NCBI GenBank assembly: GCA_964291285.2
Contig: OZ219787.1
Span: 1,216,001-1,280,000, forward strand
Source: Alphaproteobacteria bacterium
GTDB taxonomy: Bacteria; Pseudomonadota; Alphaproteobacteria; Bin95
Direction of reading: 5' to 3'
Length of the DNA stretch: 64,000 bases
A model generated the notes under the pieces. That model searched no databases, had not been told where the DNA came from, and was given only the letters and a program-made list of their open reading frames with translations. The translations under genes and the position numbers were made by a program. Positions 32,273 to 43,045 of the stretch are shown here, one piece after another (position 1 is the stretch's first letter; every line of letters starts with the position of its first letter).

Positions 32273-33217
32273 CTACCCCCAGGCAAGCTCTGCGAAGGCT
32301 TCCAGGCGGCGGATGCAGGTGTCCTCGTCGGGGCTTTCATAGCCGACGATCAGGGTTTCGAGGCCGGCTTCGGCGAAGGCCGCGAGGTCGTCGCGGACAG
32401 CGGCCCGGTCGCCGGTGAAGGGGCGGCGGTTGCCCTCGTCGTCCCGCACCGTTTCGCCGGGCATGATCCACATGGCGTAGCAGCTGCCGACGGGCGGCGG
32501 CCGCCCGGCTTCTTCCGCGGTTTCCTCCACCTGCGCGAGACCGGCGGCGTAGCGCGCCGGTGTGTCGAACCGCCAGCGCGGGTGGTTGCCGAGCGGATAC
32601 CAGGCGTTGCCCAGCCGCCCGGCGCGGCGCCGCGCCGCCGGGCTTTCGCCGCCGACCCAGATCGGCGGATGCGGCTTCTGCGCGGGCTTGGGCGAAAACA
32701 GAAGGTTGTCGAAGGCCACATGCTGCCCTGCGTAAGCGGGCGCGGGCTCGGTCCAGAGATTGCGGAAGGCTTCCAGCGTCTCGTTCGCCGCCCGGCCCCG
32801 GCTCGCGAATTCCGGGGCATGGGGCAGCAGGGCGAACTCCTCCTGCAGCCAGCCAACGCCGACGCCGAGCGTCAGCCTGCCGCCGGAGAGCACATCGGCC
32901 GTCGCCAGCATCTTCGCGGCCAGCATGGGCGGGCGGTGGCCCAGCACCATGACAGAGGTGAGCAGCCGGATGCGCTCGGTCGCGGCCGCGAGGAACCCCA
33001 CCACCGTCACCTGCTCCAGGCATTCGCCGGTATCCTCGGCGAACCAGCGCCCGTCCTTCGTATAGGGATAGGCGGTGCCGGGATTGCGGGCGATCACCAC
33101 ATGGTCGCTGACGCCGAGATAGCCATAGCCGGCGGTCTCCGCGCGCCGGGCCATCCGGCCGAGCGGGCCCGGCTTCCCCGCGGGGCCGCGCAGGCCGAGG
33201 TGAAGTCCGAATTGCAT
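32273..33217 (-). CDS. LLM (luciferase-like) class oxidoreductase, possibly F420-dependent
   Basis: SDHV, DVLSGGRL.LGVG.GW, PKP.QKPHPPIWVGG. Confidence 0.88.
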   Translation of the reverse strand: MQFGLHLGLRGPAGKPGPLGRMARRAETAGYGYLGVSDHVVIARNPGTAYPYTKDGRWFAEDTGECLEQVTVVGFLAAATERIRLLTSVMVLGHRPPMLAAKMLATADVLSGGRLTLGVGVGWLQEEFALLPHAPEFASRGRAANETLEAFRNLWTEPAPAYAGQHVAFDNLLFSPKPAQKPHPPIWVGGESPAARRRAGRLGNAWYPLGNHPRWRFDTPARYAAGLAQVEETAEEAGRPPPVGSCYAMWIMPGETVRDDEGNRRPFTGDRAAVRDDLAAFAEAGLETLIVGYESPDEDTCIRRLEAFAELAWG

Positions 33218-33240
33218 GGGGCTTGGCCTCCCTTGGGCGC

Positions 33241-34500
33241 TCAGATGCTCTTCATGGTCAGCCAGGCGCGGAAGGCGGTCTCGAAGGCGGCGGCGCGCAA
33301 CGGGCGGAGGCGGTCGCTGCCGGCCTCGTGGACCGGGACCGGCGGCGGCTCGCCTCCAAGCGCCGCGTCGGCCATCCAGCGCCCGAGCACCGTGCCGGGG
33401 CCGATGCCGCGCCCGTTATAACCCATCACCGCCCAGAGGCCCGGCGCAGGAGTGAGCAGGCGGGGCAGGTGGTCGCGGGTGAGTGCGATGCGGCCGTGCC
33501 AGGCGCATTCCCAGTCCAGCTTGCCCAGCGCCGGGAACAGCCGGCGCGCCGTCCGGTCGGCCCAGCGTTCGGACAGCCGCCCGGCGAGGCGGCCCATGCT
33601 GCCGAAGATCAGCCGCCCGGCGCGGTCCCGCCGGACCGAGGTCATCACCGGCGCGGTGTCCCACACGCCCTGGCTGCCCGGCATGATGTCCGCGCCTGCT
33701 TGCCCGAGCGGCGTGCTGGCGACCTGGAAATAGTGGATGGGGGTATAGACCGCGTCCGCGCCGAGGCCGCCGCCATAGGCATTGGTCGCAAGCAGCACCC
33801 TGTCCGCGCGCACCCGGCCGCGCGGGGTCTCGACAACCCATCCGGTTCCGCTGGCAGAGAGGCCCGAAACCGGCGTTCCGGCGAATATGCGCGCGCCCGC
33901 ATTGCGCCCGTCCGCGCGGGCGGCGGCATGGGCGAGGCCGCGGGCATAGCCGAGCGGGTTGATGGTGCCGGCCCGCCGGTCGAGCAGCCCGCCGTGGAAG
34001 GCGCGCGTGCCGATGGCCTTTGCGGCCTCGTCGCGGTCGAGCAGTTCCACGGGCGCGCCGAGTGCCGACCAGGCGCCGTGGCGCTCTTCGAGTTCGCGTC
34101 GTCCGGCGGGGCTGTGCGCGGCGTGAATGGTGCCGTTCCGCGTCGCTTCGCATTCGATGCCGTGCCGGTCGATCAGTTCGAACACCCGGTCAGGCGCCTC
34201 CGACAGCGCCGAGACGAGCTGCTCGCCCCTCTCCTTGCCGAGCGCGGCTTCGATCCTGTCGGGCGGCAGCCAGAGGCCGGCATTGACGAGGCCGACATTG
34301 CGCCCCGAGCCGCCATAGCCGATCTCGTTCGCCTCCAGCACGCAGCAGGCAACGCCCTGTTCCGAGAGGCGCAAGGCGGCGGAGAGGCCCGTGAAGCCCG
34401 CGCCGACAATGGCGGTTTCGGTCTCGGTATCGCCGTCCAGCGGCGGGCAGTCGGGCCCCGGCGGCGCCGTCCGGGCCCAGAGTGAATCCAGCCTAGACAA
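33241..34500 (-). CDS. FAD-dependent oxidoreductase (DAO/PuuB-like)
   Basis: GAGFTGLS, GSGRN.G, GYNGRG; TTG start overlapping the upstream gene. Confidence 0.88.
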   Translation of the reverse strand: MSRLDSLWARTAPPGPDCPPLDGDTETETAIVGAGFTGLSAALRLSEQGVACCVLEANEIGYGGSGRNVGLVNAGLWLPPDRIEAALGKERGEQLVSALSEAPDRVFELIDRHGIECEATRNGTIHAAHSPAGRRELEERHGAWSALGAPVELLDRDEAAKAIGTRAFHGGLLDRRAGTINPLGYARGLAHAAARADGRNAGARIFAGTPVSGLSASGTGWVVETPRGRVRADRVLLATNAYGGGLGADAVYTPIHYFQVASTPLGQAGADIMPGSQGVWDTAPVMTSVRRDRAGRLIFGSMGRLAGRLSERWADRTARRLFPALGKLDWECAWHGRIALTRDHLPRLLTPAPGLWAVMGYNGRGIGPGTVLGRWMADAALGGEPPPVPVHEAGSDRLRPLRAAAFETAFRAWLTMKSI

Positions 34501-35659
34501 CCGACAGGTCCGCCGGGTGGCCCATCAGGAAGGCGCCGACCGTGCGGAAGTGGGACTTGCGGCCCTGGAGCTGCTGGGTGACGGAGTGGAGGTCCCGGAA
34601 ACGCCGCTCGAAGGCCGCTTCGGCGAAGATGGCGCTGGCGCCCGCCGCATCGTAGAGCATGTCGGCGGCGGTCTTCGCCTCGTGGATGGCGAAGGTGGAA
34701 GCAAGGCGGATGCGGATCCGGTCCGCAATTTCCAGCCGGCCCGCCTTCTGCGTGGCCGTCCAGATGTCCTCCACTTCGGACAGCACGAAGGCGCGCGCCG
34801 AGCGGATGCGGGCGACGGCCTGCGCGGTCTCGTACTGGACGAGATCGTTGTTCGCCAGGCGCGACCTGTGGAGGCGGGGGGTCTTGTCCTGCGCCAGCGC
34901 CATGAAGGCGTCCAGCACACCTTGCGCGATGCCGAGCGCGGTGCCGGCGAAACCCATGGCATACATGTTCATGCTGAGGAAAAGGTAGAGCGGCGCCTCG
35001 TACTGGCGGTAGTCGGCCTCGTCCCGCACGGTCGTAAAGGCCGCCGGCACGAAGCGGTCCTTCAGCGTGTAACCGTCGCTCGCCGTGCCCCGCAGGCCGA
35101 TCGTGTCCCAGATGTCCTCGATCTCGATGCTGGACGCCGGCATCAGGAAGGTGCGGATGAGCGGGGAGCCGTCGGGCATGCGCTGGCGCTCGCCGCTCTC
35201 GTCCACGACCGGCATGTGTGCGCCAAGCCAGGTTGCATGGCGGGCGCCGCTGGCAAACGCGATCTTCGCATCGATCCGGTATCCGCCCCCGGCCTCGCGC
35301 GCCTCGGCGGGTCCCGGCCCCCAGGCGAGCACGGCGGCAGGGTCTCCGCCCCACATTTCCCCGGCAATCTCCGGAGCCAGATAGGCGGCCGCCATGGCGC
35401 AGCCGTTCGCCTGGCAGAGGCACCAGGCGGTGCTGCCGTCATGGCGCGCGACTTCCGAGATCGTCTTGAAGAAGGTCGGCGGGGGCGTCTCCAGCCCGCC
35501 ATAGGGCTTCGGCAGCAGCATCCGGAACAATTTGTGCTCGTGCAGCGTTTCGAGCAGGCCGGGTGTCAGCCGCCGCCGTTGGTCGATCTCCGGCGCTGCC
35601 GCCTCTATTTCGGAGCCGATACCGCGCACGGCATCGAGCACATTGTCCGGGCGGGACAT
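34493..35659 (-). CDS. Acyl-CoA dehydrogenase-fold flavin-dependent hydroxylase (HsaA/DszC-like)
   Basis: FASG, W..IGLRGTAS, ERRFRD motifs. Confidence 0.85.
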   Translation of the reverse strand: MSRPDNVLDAVRGIGSEIEAAAPEIDQRRRLTPGLLETLHEHKLFRMLLPKPYGGLETPPPTFFKTISEVARHDGSTAWCLCQANGCAMAAAYLAPEIAGEMWGGDPAAVLAWGPGPAEAREAGGGYRIDAKIAFASGARHATWLGAHMPVVDESGERQRMPDGSPLIRTFLMPASSIEIEDIWDTIGLRGTASDGYTLKDRFVPAAFTTVRDEADYRQYEAPLYLFLSMNMYAMGFAGTALGIAQGVLDAFMALAQDKTPRLHRSRLANNDLVQYETAQAVARIRSARAFVLSEVEDIWTATQKAGRLEIADRIRIRLASTFAIHEAKTAADMLYDAAGASAIFAEAAFERRFRDLHSVTQQLQGRKSHFRTVGAFLMGHPADLSVV

Positions 35660-36738
35660 CAGAACATGATGACGCTGCGCGCCACGCTGCCGGACTTCAT
35701 GTCGTCGAAGGCCTGGTTGATGTCCTTGAGCTCGATGCGCTGCGAGATCATCTCGTCGAGGCGCAGCTTGCCGTTGAGGTAGAAATCGACCAGGCGGGGC
35801 ATGTCCACCCGGAACCGGTTGGAGCCCATGGTCGAGCCCTGGATGCGCTTCTCGCGCAGGAACTCCGGCCCGTGCAGCTCGATCTTGGTGCCGACCGGAA
35901 TCATGCCGACGATCGTCGCCGTGCCGCCTGGCCGGATCATGCCGAAGGCGTTCTCGGAGGTCGATTTGAGCCCGATGCACTCGATGGCGTGGTGGACGCC
36001 GCCGCCCGTGATCTCCCGCACCTCGCCGACCATGTCCTGTTCCGTGGCGTCGATCACATGCGTCGCGCCGAACTCCTTGGCGAGGTTGAGCTTGGAGCCG
36101 ACCGTGTCGATGGCGATGATGCGCCCGGCGCCCGCGATGGCCGCGCCGTTGACGGCCGAGAGGCCGACGCCGCCGCAGCCGATGATCGCCACATCCATGC
36201 CGGGCTCCACCTTCGCGGTGTGGAAGACGGCGCCCACGCCCGTCATCACGCCGCAGCCGATGAGCGCGGCGCGGTCGAGCGGCATGTCCTCGCGCACCTT
36301 CACCAGCGCATGCTCGTGCACCAGCATCATCTCGGCATAGGAGGAGAGGTTGGCGAACTGCGTCATCGGCGCGCCGCCCTTGGCGAGCCGCGGCTCCTCG
36401 TCCGGGCGGCGCTGAAGGTCCGGGTTGTCGCAGAGCGACATATGGCCGGTCAGGCAGTATTCGCACTCGCCGCAGAAGGCGGAGAGGCAGGTGATGATGT
36501 GGTCGCCCTTCTTCACATAGGTGACCTGCTCGCCGACTTCCTCGACGATGCCCGCGCTCTCGTGGCCCAGCACGATGGGCAGCTTCGCCGGGTAGAGGCC
36601 CTCGACGAAATGGAGGTCGGAGTGACAGACGCCCGCCGCCACGGTGCGCACCAGCACCTCGCGCGGGCCCGGCTTGGAGATCTCCACCTCCTCGATCTCG
36701 AGCGGCTTGCCGACTTCGCGGAATACGGCGGCTTTCAT
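35659..36738 (-). CDS. Zn-dependent alcohol dehydrogenase
   Basis: GVCHSD, GHE, CGECEYC structural Zn site, GCGGVG. Confidence 0.93.
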   Translation of the reverse strand: MKAAVFREVGKPLEIEEVEISKPGPREVLVRTVAAGVCHSDLHFVEGLYPAKLPIVLGHESAGIVEEVGEQVTYVKKGDHIITCLSAFCGECEYCLTGHMSLCDNPDLQRRPDEEPRLAKGGAPMTQFANLSSYAEMMLVHEHALVKVREDMPLDRAALIGCGVMTGVGAVFHTAKVEPGMDVAIIGCGGVGLSAVNGAAIAGAGRIIAIDTVGSKLNLAKEFGATHVIDATEQDMVGEVREITGGGVHHAIECIGLKSTSENAFGMIRPGGTATIVGMIPVGTKIELHGPEFLREKRIQGSTMGSNRFRVDMPRLVDFYLNGKLRLDEMISQRIELKDINQAFDDMKSGSVARSVIMF

Positions 36739-36808
36739 GGGCGTCGTCCCCTCCGGATGGTCCCCTGTCCTCAGGGGCGATGATGCCCCAGGCCGGGCGC
36801 CGGGGGAA

Positions 36809-37828
36809 TCAGTTCTTGGAGCGGTCCACCAGCGCGTTCTCCGCGATCCACGGCATCATGCCGCGCAGGCGCGCGCCGACCTCCTCCACCGGGTGCTCTG
36901 CCGCGCGCCGGCGCATGGCCTTGAAGCTCGCCTGCCCGGCGGCGTTCTCCAGCACCCATTCGCGCGCGAAGGCGCCGGACTGGATTTCGTCCAGAATGGT
37001 CTTCATGCGCGCCTTCACGCCGGCGTCCACGACGCGGGGTCCGCGGCTGTAGTCGCCGTATTCCGCCGTGTTGGAGACCGAATAGCGCATCTGCGCGAGG
37101 CCACCCTCATAGATGAGGTCCACGATCAGCTTCACCTCATGGACGCATTCGAAATAGGCCATTTCAGGCGCGTAGCCGGCCTCGCAGAGCGTCTCGTAGC
37201 CCGCCTGGATCAGCGAGGTGATGCCGCCGCAGAGCACGGTCTGCTCGCCGAACAGGTCGGTCTCGCACTCCTCCTTCATGGTCGTCTCGATGACGCCGGC
37301 CCGGCCCGCGCCCAGGCCGCAGGCATAAGAGAGGCCGAGCTCCTGGCAGTTGCCGGAGGCGTCCCGGTGGACGGCGAGCAGGCTCGGCACGCCGGCGCCG
37401 CGCACATATTCGGAGCGCACGAGGTGGCCCGGGCCCTTGGGCGCGACCATGAACACGTCGAGGTCGGCGCGCGGCTCGACGAGGTTGAAGTGGATCGAGA
37501 GCCCGTGCGCGACGGCGAGCGCCGCACCTTCCTTCATATTGCCGGCGAGGTCGCCGGAATAGAGCGCCGAGTGGCCCTCGTCCGGGGTGAGCATCATCAC
37601 GACATCGGCGGTCCGTGCCGCAGCGTCGGGCGTCATCACCGTAAAGCCGGCGCCTTCGGCCTTGGGTCGGCTGCCGGAGCCCTCGCGCAGGCCGACGATG
37701 ACGTTCTCGACGCCGCTTTCCCGCAGGTTGTTGGCGTGGGCATGGCCCTGGCTGCCATAGCCCAGTATGGCGACGGTCCGCGACTTGATGAGGTTGAGGT
37801 CGGCGTCGCGATCGTAATAGACGCGCAT
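36809..37828 (-). CDS. ilvC: Ketol-acid reductoisomerase
   Basis: [23 protein letters not shown]. Confidence 0.97.
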   Translation of the reverse strand: MRVYYDRDADLNLIKSRTVAILGYGSQGHAHANNLRESGVENVIVGLREGSGSRPKAEGAGFTVMTPDAAARTADVVMMLTPDEGHSALYSGDLAGNMKEGAALAVAHGLSIHFNLVEPRADLDVFMVAPKGPGHLVRSEYVRGAGVPSLLAVHRDASGNCQELGLSYACGLGAGRAGVIETTMKEECETDLFGEQTVLCGGITSLIQAGYETLCEAGYAPEMAYFECVHEVKLIVDLIYEGGLAQMRYSVSNTAEYGDYSRGPRVVDAGVKARMKTILDEIQSGAFAREWVLENAAGQASFKAMRRRAAEHPVEEVGARLRGMMPWIAENALVDRSKN

Positions 37829-37871
37829 GGGGCGGGCTTCCTTTCTGTCGTCGTGTCTCTTTCGCAGGCGT

Positions 37872-38387
37872 TCACATGCCTTCGGCGCCGCGGGCGATGG
37901 CGACGACGCCGGTGCGGGCGAGGTCGGCCATGCCGAGCGGGCGCATCAGGTCGATGAAGGCGTCGATCTTCTCGGTCGAGCCGGTGACCTCGAAGACGAA
38001 GGAGCGGTGGGTGCTGTCCACCACGCGGGCGCGGAAGATGTCGGCGATGCGCAGCGCCTCGATACGCCGGGCGCCGCCGCCCGCGACCTTGACCAGCACC
38101 AGCTCCCGCTCGACATGCGGTCCTTCCTGGGTGAGGTCGGACACGCGGTGGACGGGCACAAGCCTGCCCAGTTGGGCTTTGATCTGCTCCAGCACCATCA
38201 GCGTCCCGGACGTGACGATGGTGATGCGCGAAAGATGGCCGGTCGGGTCGGTCTCGGCGACGGTCAGGCTCTCGATATTGTAGCCGCGGCCCGAGAACAG
38301 GCCGATGACGCGCGCCAGCACGCCGGGCTCGTTGTCCACGACCACGGCGAAGATTCGCCTTTCCTGCTGGTGCTCCGTGGCGGCCAA
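37872..38387 (-). CDS. ilvH: Acetolactate synthase small subunit
   Basis: [19 protein letters not shown]; TTG start with GAGGAG RBS. Confidence 0.95.
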   Translation of the reverse strand: MAATEHQQERRIFAVVVDNEPGVLARVIGLFSGRGYNIESLTVAETDPTGHLSRITIVTSGTLMVLEQIKAQLGRLVPVHRVSDLTQEGPHVERELVLVKVAGGGARRIEALRIADIFRARVVDSTHRSFVFEVTGSTEKIDAFIDLMRPLGMADLARTGVVAIARGAEGM

Positions 38388-38431
38388 TTGGGTCTCTCCT
38401 CGCGCCGGGCGGCCGGAAGTCAGGGCCGATC

Positions 38432-40195
38432 CTAGACGAGGACCATGCCTTCGGCGTCGATCTTTGCTTCCGGCTCTTCCGTGCCGCTCAGGATCATCTC
38501 GTTATGCGCCTTGCCCGATGGAATCATCGGGAAGCAGTTTTCCATCTGCGCGACCTGTACATCGACGATCACGGGGCCGTCGGCGGCGATCATGGCGTCG
38601 ATTACGCCGTCCATCTCCTCAGGGCGTTCCGCGCGCAGCCCTGTCCAGCCGAAGGCTTCGGCGAGGCGCACGAAGTCCGGCAGGCTGTCCGTGTAGCTCT
38701 CGGAATAGCGCTCGCCATGCAGCAGCTCCTGCCACTGGCGCACCATGCCCATCCACTGGTTGTTCAGGATGAAGAGCTTGACCGGCAGCCGGTATTGCGA
38801 GGCGGTGGAAAGCTCCTGGATGTTCATCAGGATGGACGCCTCGCCGGCGACATCGATCACCAGCGCGTCCGGGTGGGCGACCTGTACGCCGATGGCGGCC
38901 GGCAGCCCGTAGCCCATCGTGCCGAGGCCGCCCGAGGTCATCCAGTGGTTCGGGCGCTCGAAACGGAGGAACTGCGCGGCCCACATCTGGTGCTGGCCGA
39001 CCTCCGTGGTGAAGAACACGTCGTTGCGGCCTGCGATCTTCGCCTGCAGGCGCTCGAGCGCATATTGCGGTTTGATGACCTTGTCGTCCTGCTCGTATTT
39101 CAGGCAGTCGCGCTTGCGCCATTTGGCGATCTCGCGCCACCATTTTTTGACCGCGCGGTAGTCCGTTCGCCCGCCGCGCGCCGACCAGCGCCGCCGGATC
39201 GCCTCGACCGCCTTGCCCGCATCCGCCACCACCGGCACATCGACCACGACGTTCTTGTTGATCGAGGACGGGTCGATGTCGATATGCACCTTCTTCGCGT
39301 GCGGGGCGAAGCCGGAGAGGAGGCCGGTCACCCGGTCGTCGAAGCGCGCGCCGACGGCGAGGATGAGGTCCGCGCCGTGCATGGCGAGGTTGGCCTCGTA
39401 GAGGCCGTGCATGCCGAGCATCCCGATGGACTGCGGATGCGAGGCCGGGAAGGCGCCGAGCCCCATCAGCGTCTGCGTGCAGGGAAAGCCGGTCTCCTGC
39501 ACCAGGCGGAGCAGCGCGCGCGCCGCGGCCGGTCCCGAATTAATCACGCCGCCGCCGACATACACCACCGGCCGCTTCGCGGTCTCGATCAGGGCCACGG
39601 CCTCTTCCACCGCCTGCGGCTCGGGGCGCGTGCGCGGCTTGTAGCTGCGGTGCTTCACCTCTTCCGGCGGCCGGTAGGCGCCGGCGGCGAATTGCACGTC
39701 CTTCGGCACATCCACCACCACCGGCCCCGGCCGGCCGCTGCGCGCGACATAGAACGCCTCATGAATCGTCGAGGCGACTTCGTCCACGCTCCTTATGAGG
39801 TAGTTGTGCTTGGTGCAGGGCCGGGTGATGCCGGTCGTGTCGGCTTCCTGGAAGGCGTCGTTGCCGATGAGGTGCGTCGGCACCTGGCCGGTCAGGCAGA
39901 CGACGGGAATGCTGTCCATGAGCGCGTCGGTGAGGCCGGTCACCGCATTGGTCGCGCCCGGCCCGGAGGTCACGAGCACGACGCCGACCTTGCCGGTCGA
40001 GCGGGCATAGCCTTCTGCGGCATGGACCGCGCCGCCTTCCTGGCGGACGAGGTAGTGGCGCAGCCGGTTCTGCTTGAAGATCTCGTCATAGATCGGCAGC
40101 ACGGCGCCGCCCGGATAGCCGAAGACCGCCTCGACACCCTGATCGACGAGGGCTTTGACGATCATTTCGGCGCCGTTCATGGTCCTGGCGGTCAT
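38432..40195 (-). CDS. ilvI: Acetolactate synthase large subunit
   Basis: [28 protein letters not shown]. Confidence 0.96.
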   Translation of the reverse strand: MTARTMNGAEMIVKALVDQGVEAVFGYPGGAVLPIYDEIFKQNRLRHYLVRQEGGAVHAAEGYARSTGKVGVVLVTSGPGATNAVTGLTDALMDSIPVVCLTGQVPTHLIGNDAFQEADTTGITRPCTKHNYLIRSVDEVASTIHEAFYVARSGRPGPVVVDVPKDVQFAAGAYRPPEEVKHRSYKPRTRPEPQAVEEAVALIETAKRPVVYVGGGVINSGPAAARALLRLVQETGFPCTQTLMGLGAFPASHPQSIGMLGMHGLYEANLAMHGADLILAVGARFDDRVTGLLSGFAPHAKKVHIDIDPSSINKNVVVDVPVVADAGKAVEAIRRRWSARGGRTDYRAVKKWWREIAKWRKRDCLKYEQDDKVIKPQYALERLQAKIAGRNDVFFTTEVGQHQMWAAQFLRFERPNHWMTSGGLGTMGYGLPAAIGVQVAHPDALVIDVAGEASILMNIQELSTASQYRLPVKLFILNNQWMGMVRQWQELLHGERYSESYTDSLPDFVRLAEAFGWTGLRAERPEEMDGVIDAMIAADGPVIVDVQVAQMENCFPMIPSGKAHNEMILSGTEEPEAKIDAEGMVLV

Positions 40196-40535
40196 GGGCC
40201 TGTTTTCCGCATTCCGGGAGGGAGCGCGACCCTAATCTGCGTCAAACCGCCGGTCAACAGGCGGGAAGACGGCGCTCCGGATGAGGAAATCGCGCCGGAG
40301 AAGGCTTGCAGCCACGAGTTTCCGACCGGGCGGGCAAGCTGGGGCGGTCTCCGTAGGCAACAGTGATATAAGTTGTTTGTTCGAAAAATAATGAAATAAT
40401 TCTACTTTTGTATCTGAATTAAAAATAATCGTGATAGAACAGGGCAGCAGGAGACGGGGCAAGGGTCGTGCAATGCAAACGACTGTCGCCTGGCGTGGGG
40501 CCGGTAAATTTCAGGTGCCTTCTTCGTCGTTCGGG

Positions 40536-41162
40536 TCAACATCGGCTGGGAAGGGCCTCGCCGCCGTAGAGCCTCAGGAACTTGACGGCGGCCTGTCTTG
40601 CCCGTGTCTCGATTTCCCCGGCGTCCGGAATATCGACGACCCCGAGCAGGCGTCGGACCTGCTTGTCTCCCAGCAACAGTCCCAGGAACGTCTCTGCCGC
40701 TTCCCACGGGTCGTCGAAGTCCAGCAGGTTGCGTCTGCGGCATCGTTCGAGATACCGGACGAAGAACGGCTGGGTCGCCTCGCGGCCTGTCTCCACCAAT
40801 ATGCGCGCCAGCACCGGCTCCGAGCGCGCCTCGGAAATTGCAGCGCGGTTGATGGCGACGGCGCCATCGCCCAGAAGGAGGCCGGCGAGCGCCCGGCCGA
40901 CATCGGCAAGAGCCTCATCTACCGGCGCGTCGCCGTCCAGATGCGCTTCGAGCACGGTGCGCACAGTATCCGCGTTGCGGCGAATGACTGCCTGGAAGAG
41001 TCCGGACTTGTTTCCGAACCAGGCATACAGCGTTTCCTTCGACGCCGAGACCCGCCGGGCGACCTCCAGCATTGTGGTGTCGCGGTAGCCTTTTTCGCGA
41101 AGGATGGCGGTGGCGGTATCGAGGATGACGTCGCGTCGCTGCGCGCGGTCAGGCTCCTTCAT
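40536..41162 (-). CDS. TetR/AcrR-family regulator
   Basis: N-terminal HTH: VARRVSASKETLYAWFGNK. Confidence 0.92.
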   Translation of the reverse strand: MKEPDRAQRRDVILDTATAILREKGYRDTTMLEVARRVSASKETLYAWFGNKSGLFQAVIRRNADTVRTVLEAHLDGDAPVDEALADVGRALAGLLLGDGAVAINRAAISEARSEPVLARILVETGREATQPFFVRYLERCRRRNLLDFDDPWEAAETFLGLLLGDKQVRRLLGVVDIPDAGEIETRARQAAVKFLRLYGGEALPSRC

Positions 41163-41194
41163 GTCCGAACATCCGTAATTTCACGGTTGACATA

Positions 41195-41242
41195 TCCGAA
41201 CCCATCGGTACGGTATTGTCAAACCGAACCGGTGGGTTCGGA
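41195..41242. promoter_or_regulatory. Probable TetR operator inverted repeat in a divergent promoter
   Basis: TCCGAACCCATCGGTACGGT-N8-ACCGAACCGGTGGGTTCGGA (18/20 match); TTGACA on each strand (41187-41192, 41217-41222). Confidence 0.7.
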
Positions 41243-41261
41243 CATCACTGTGAGGCGCAAG

Positions 41262-41675
41262 ATGCAGGAGCAGACAAACAGGAACCGGGCCACAGACGGC
41301 TATACCGCGGCAGCGGTCGCGGCGCTTCTGGTGCTTACGGGTGCCATGCTGCTGGCCATGTTCACCCGCACCGAGCCTCACCCGCCGCTGGAGGTCGAGC
41401 CCTTCGCGCTCGGGCCTTTCCTTGCCGCGTCGCTGGCGACAGGAGCGGCGGCCTACGCCCTTGCGGTCCGCGGCGCCCGGTTCGCCATGGCGGTCGCGCT
41501 CCTGTTCGCGCTGACGGCGCTGGTGTCCTACGGCCCGCAAAAGTATGTCGATCCTGCGTTTCCCAGGATCTGGCCTGCAGTGATTGTGGCCCAACTCTCG
41601 ATTGCGGTGATCTTGTGCCGGGCGGTCTGTCTGGCGATTCGACGGATGCGCCCTGCCGGCGGTAGCGACGCGTAA
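41262..41675 (+). CDS. Hypothetical four-TM membrane protein
   Basis: Hydrophobic ORF with EPHPP and GPQK motifs; GAGG RBS; divergent from tetR. Confidence 0.7.
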   Translation: MQEQTNRNRATDGYTAAAVAALLVLTGAMLLAMFTRTEPHPPLEVEPFALGPFLAASLATGAAAYALAVRGARFAMAVALLFALTALVSYGPQKYVDPAFPRIWPAVIVAQLSIAVILCRAVCLAIRRMRPAGGSDA

Positions 41676-42216
41676 TGTCGAAAGCAACGCGGCAAGGCTA
41701 TGGTGGCGGCATCGAACCGGCGACGCCGCTCGCCTTCCTGTCGTTCCTGTTTTCGGGGGCGATGTTCGGGTTCTTCTTCGCCTGGGTGTGTTCGACCATG
41801 TGGGGGCTGGACGCCGCGGACCCCAATACCGCCATCGCCGCTATGCAGGCCATGAATGCGAGCGTGCGCAACTGGGTCTTCGCGCCGGCTTTTTTCGGTA
41901 CGCCCGTGCTGCTGATGTTCACGGCGCTGGCCGCCCTGAGGGTCGGGAAGCGGCAGGCCGCAACCGGCTTCGCGCTCGCCGGCCTCCTTTATGTGCTGGG
42001 CGCGATGGTCCCGACGATGTGCCGTTGAACGAGGCGCTGGCGCTGGTCGAGACGCCGCTCCACCCCGCGGAAGCCGGGGAAGCGTGGCGGGCCTATTCCG
42101 GGCCCTGGCAGGTCTGGAACGCCGTTCGTGCCTTGGCTGCAGGCTTCGTCCTCGCGCTGGCGGGCTGGAGCCTTCGGGGCACGGGTGCCCTTCCGGTCAG
42201 GCGCGCCGGCGGATGA
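41675..42216 (+). pseudogene. DUF1772 (anthrone oxygenase-like) gene with frameshift near 42019
   Basis: Frame 1 has MWGL..AMQAMN..V; the conserved VPLN.AL...W..WN.VR continues in another frame. Confidence 0.75.
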
Positions 42217-43045
42217 GCCAGACGCCGGCCATGGCGAGCGCGAAACCGGGCCACATGGCGGCGGGAAGGTCCTCGCCGAGAAGGGCCCAGGCGAGCAGCG
42301 CGGTCACCCCCGGGATCAGGTAGAAGTTGGATGCGGCGCGCCCCGCCTCGCCGTGGCGGAGCATGTAGAGCAGCAGCGCCATGGCGCCGAGCGAGACGCC
42401 GAAAGTGAGATAGGCGAGCGCGGCGACCATGCCGGGCGTCCACACGGCATGCGGCGTCTCGAACGCCCAGGTGAACGCCCATGCCGTGACCGCCGCCGAT
42501 GCGAGCTGCACCGTATTGGCCCCGATGAGCGGCGCCTCCCGGCAGAAGCGCGCATGGTAGAGCGTGCCGGCGGCAAGCGCGGCGATGGAGCCGACGGCCC
42601 AGGCGATGCCCGCCGGGCGACCGAGGTCGAAGGCGCCGATGCCTGCAACCAGCGCGACGCCGCACGCGCCGAGCAGGAAGCCCGCCCATTGCCGGCCCCG
42701 GAAGCGTTCGCCGAGCAGCGGGCCGGCGGCGAGCGCCGTCGCGATCGGGTGCAGCGCGCCGATCAGCGCCATGGTGGCGCCGCGGATTTCGGTCATGGCG
42801 AGATAGGCGCCGCCCAGATAGACGGCATTGATGACGGCGCCCGAGAACGCCAGATGGGCGAGCACCGGGAGGCCCGGCCGCCAGTTCCGCATCAGGAAGG
42901 CCGCGGCGACCGCCAGCACCGCTGCCGCGACGGTGAAGCGGATCGCCAGGAAATAGAACGGCGTGATGTCCGGCAGGCCGGCGCGGACCGCGACGAATGC
43001 GCCGCTCCAGATCAGGACGAAGAGGAACGGGGCGAGGCGGGTCAG
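42197..43045 (-). CDS. DMT/EamA-family transporter, probable CTG start
   Basis: FVLIWS.AF, LGE, ten-TM pattern; CTG overlaps the upstream TGA and follows GAGGA. Confidence 0.82.
   Translation of the reverse strand: MTRLAPFLFVLIWSGAFVAVRAGLPDITPFYFLAIRFTVAAAVLAVAAAFLMRNWRPGLPVLAHLAFSGAVINAVYLGGAYLAMTEIRGATMALIGALHPIATALAAGPLLGERFRGRQWAGFLLGACGVALVAGIGAFDLGRPAGIAWAVGSIAALAAGTLYHARFCREAPLIGANTVQLASAAVTAWAFTWAFETPHAVWTPGMVAALAYLTFGVSLGAMALLLYMLRHGEAGRAASNFYLIPGVTALLAWALLGEDLPAAMWPGFALAMAGVWLIRRRA

Noticed and set aside
40232-40462. ilv attenuator leader peptide
   Set aside because: The 76-aa ORF is too long, has no compact Ile/Leu/Val run, and no terminator hairpin with U-tract was found
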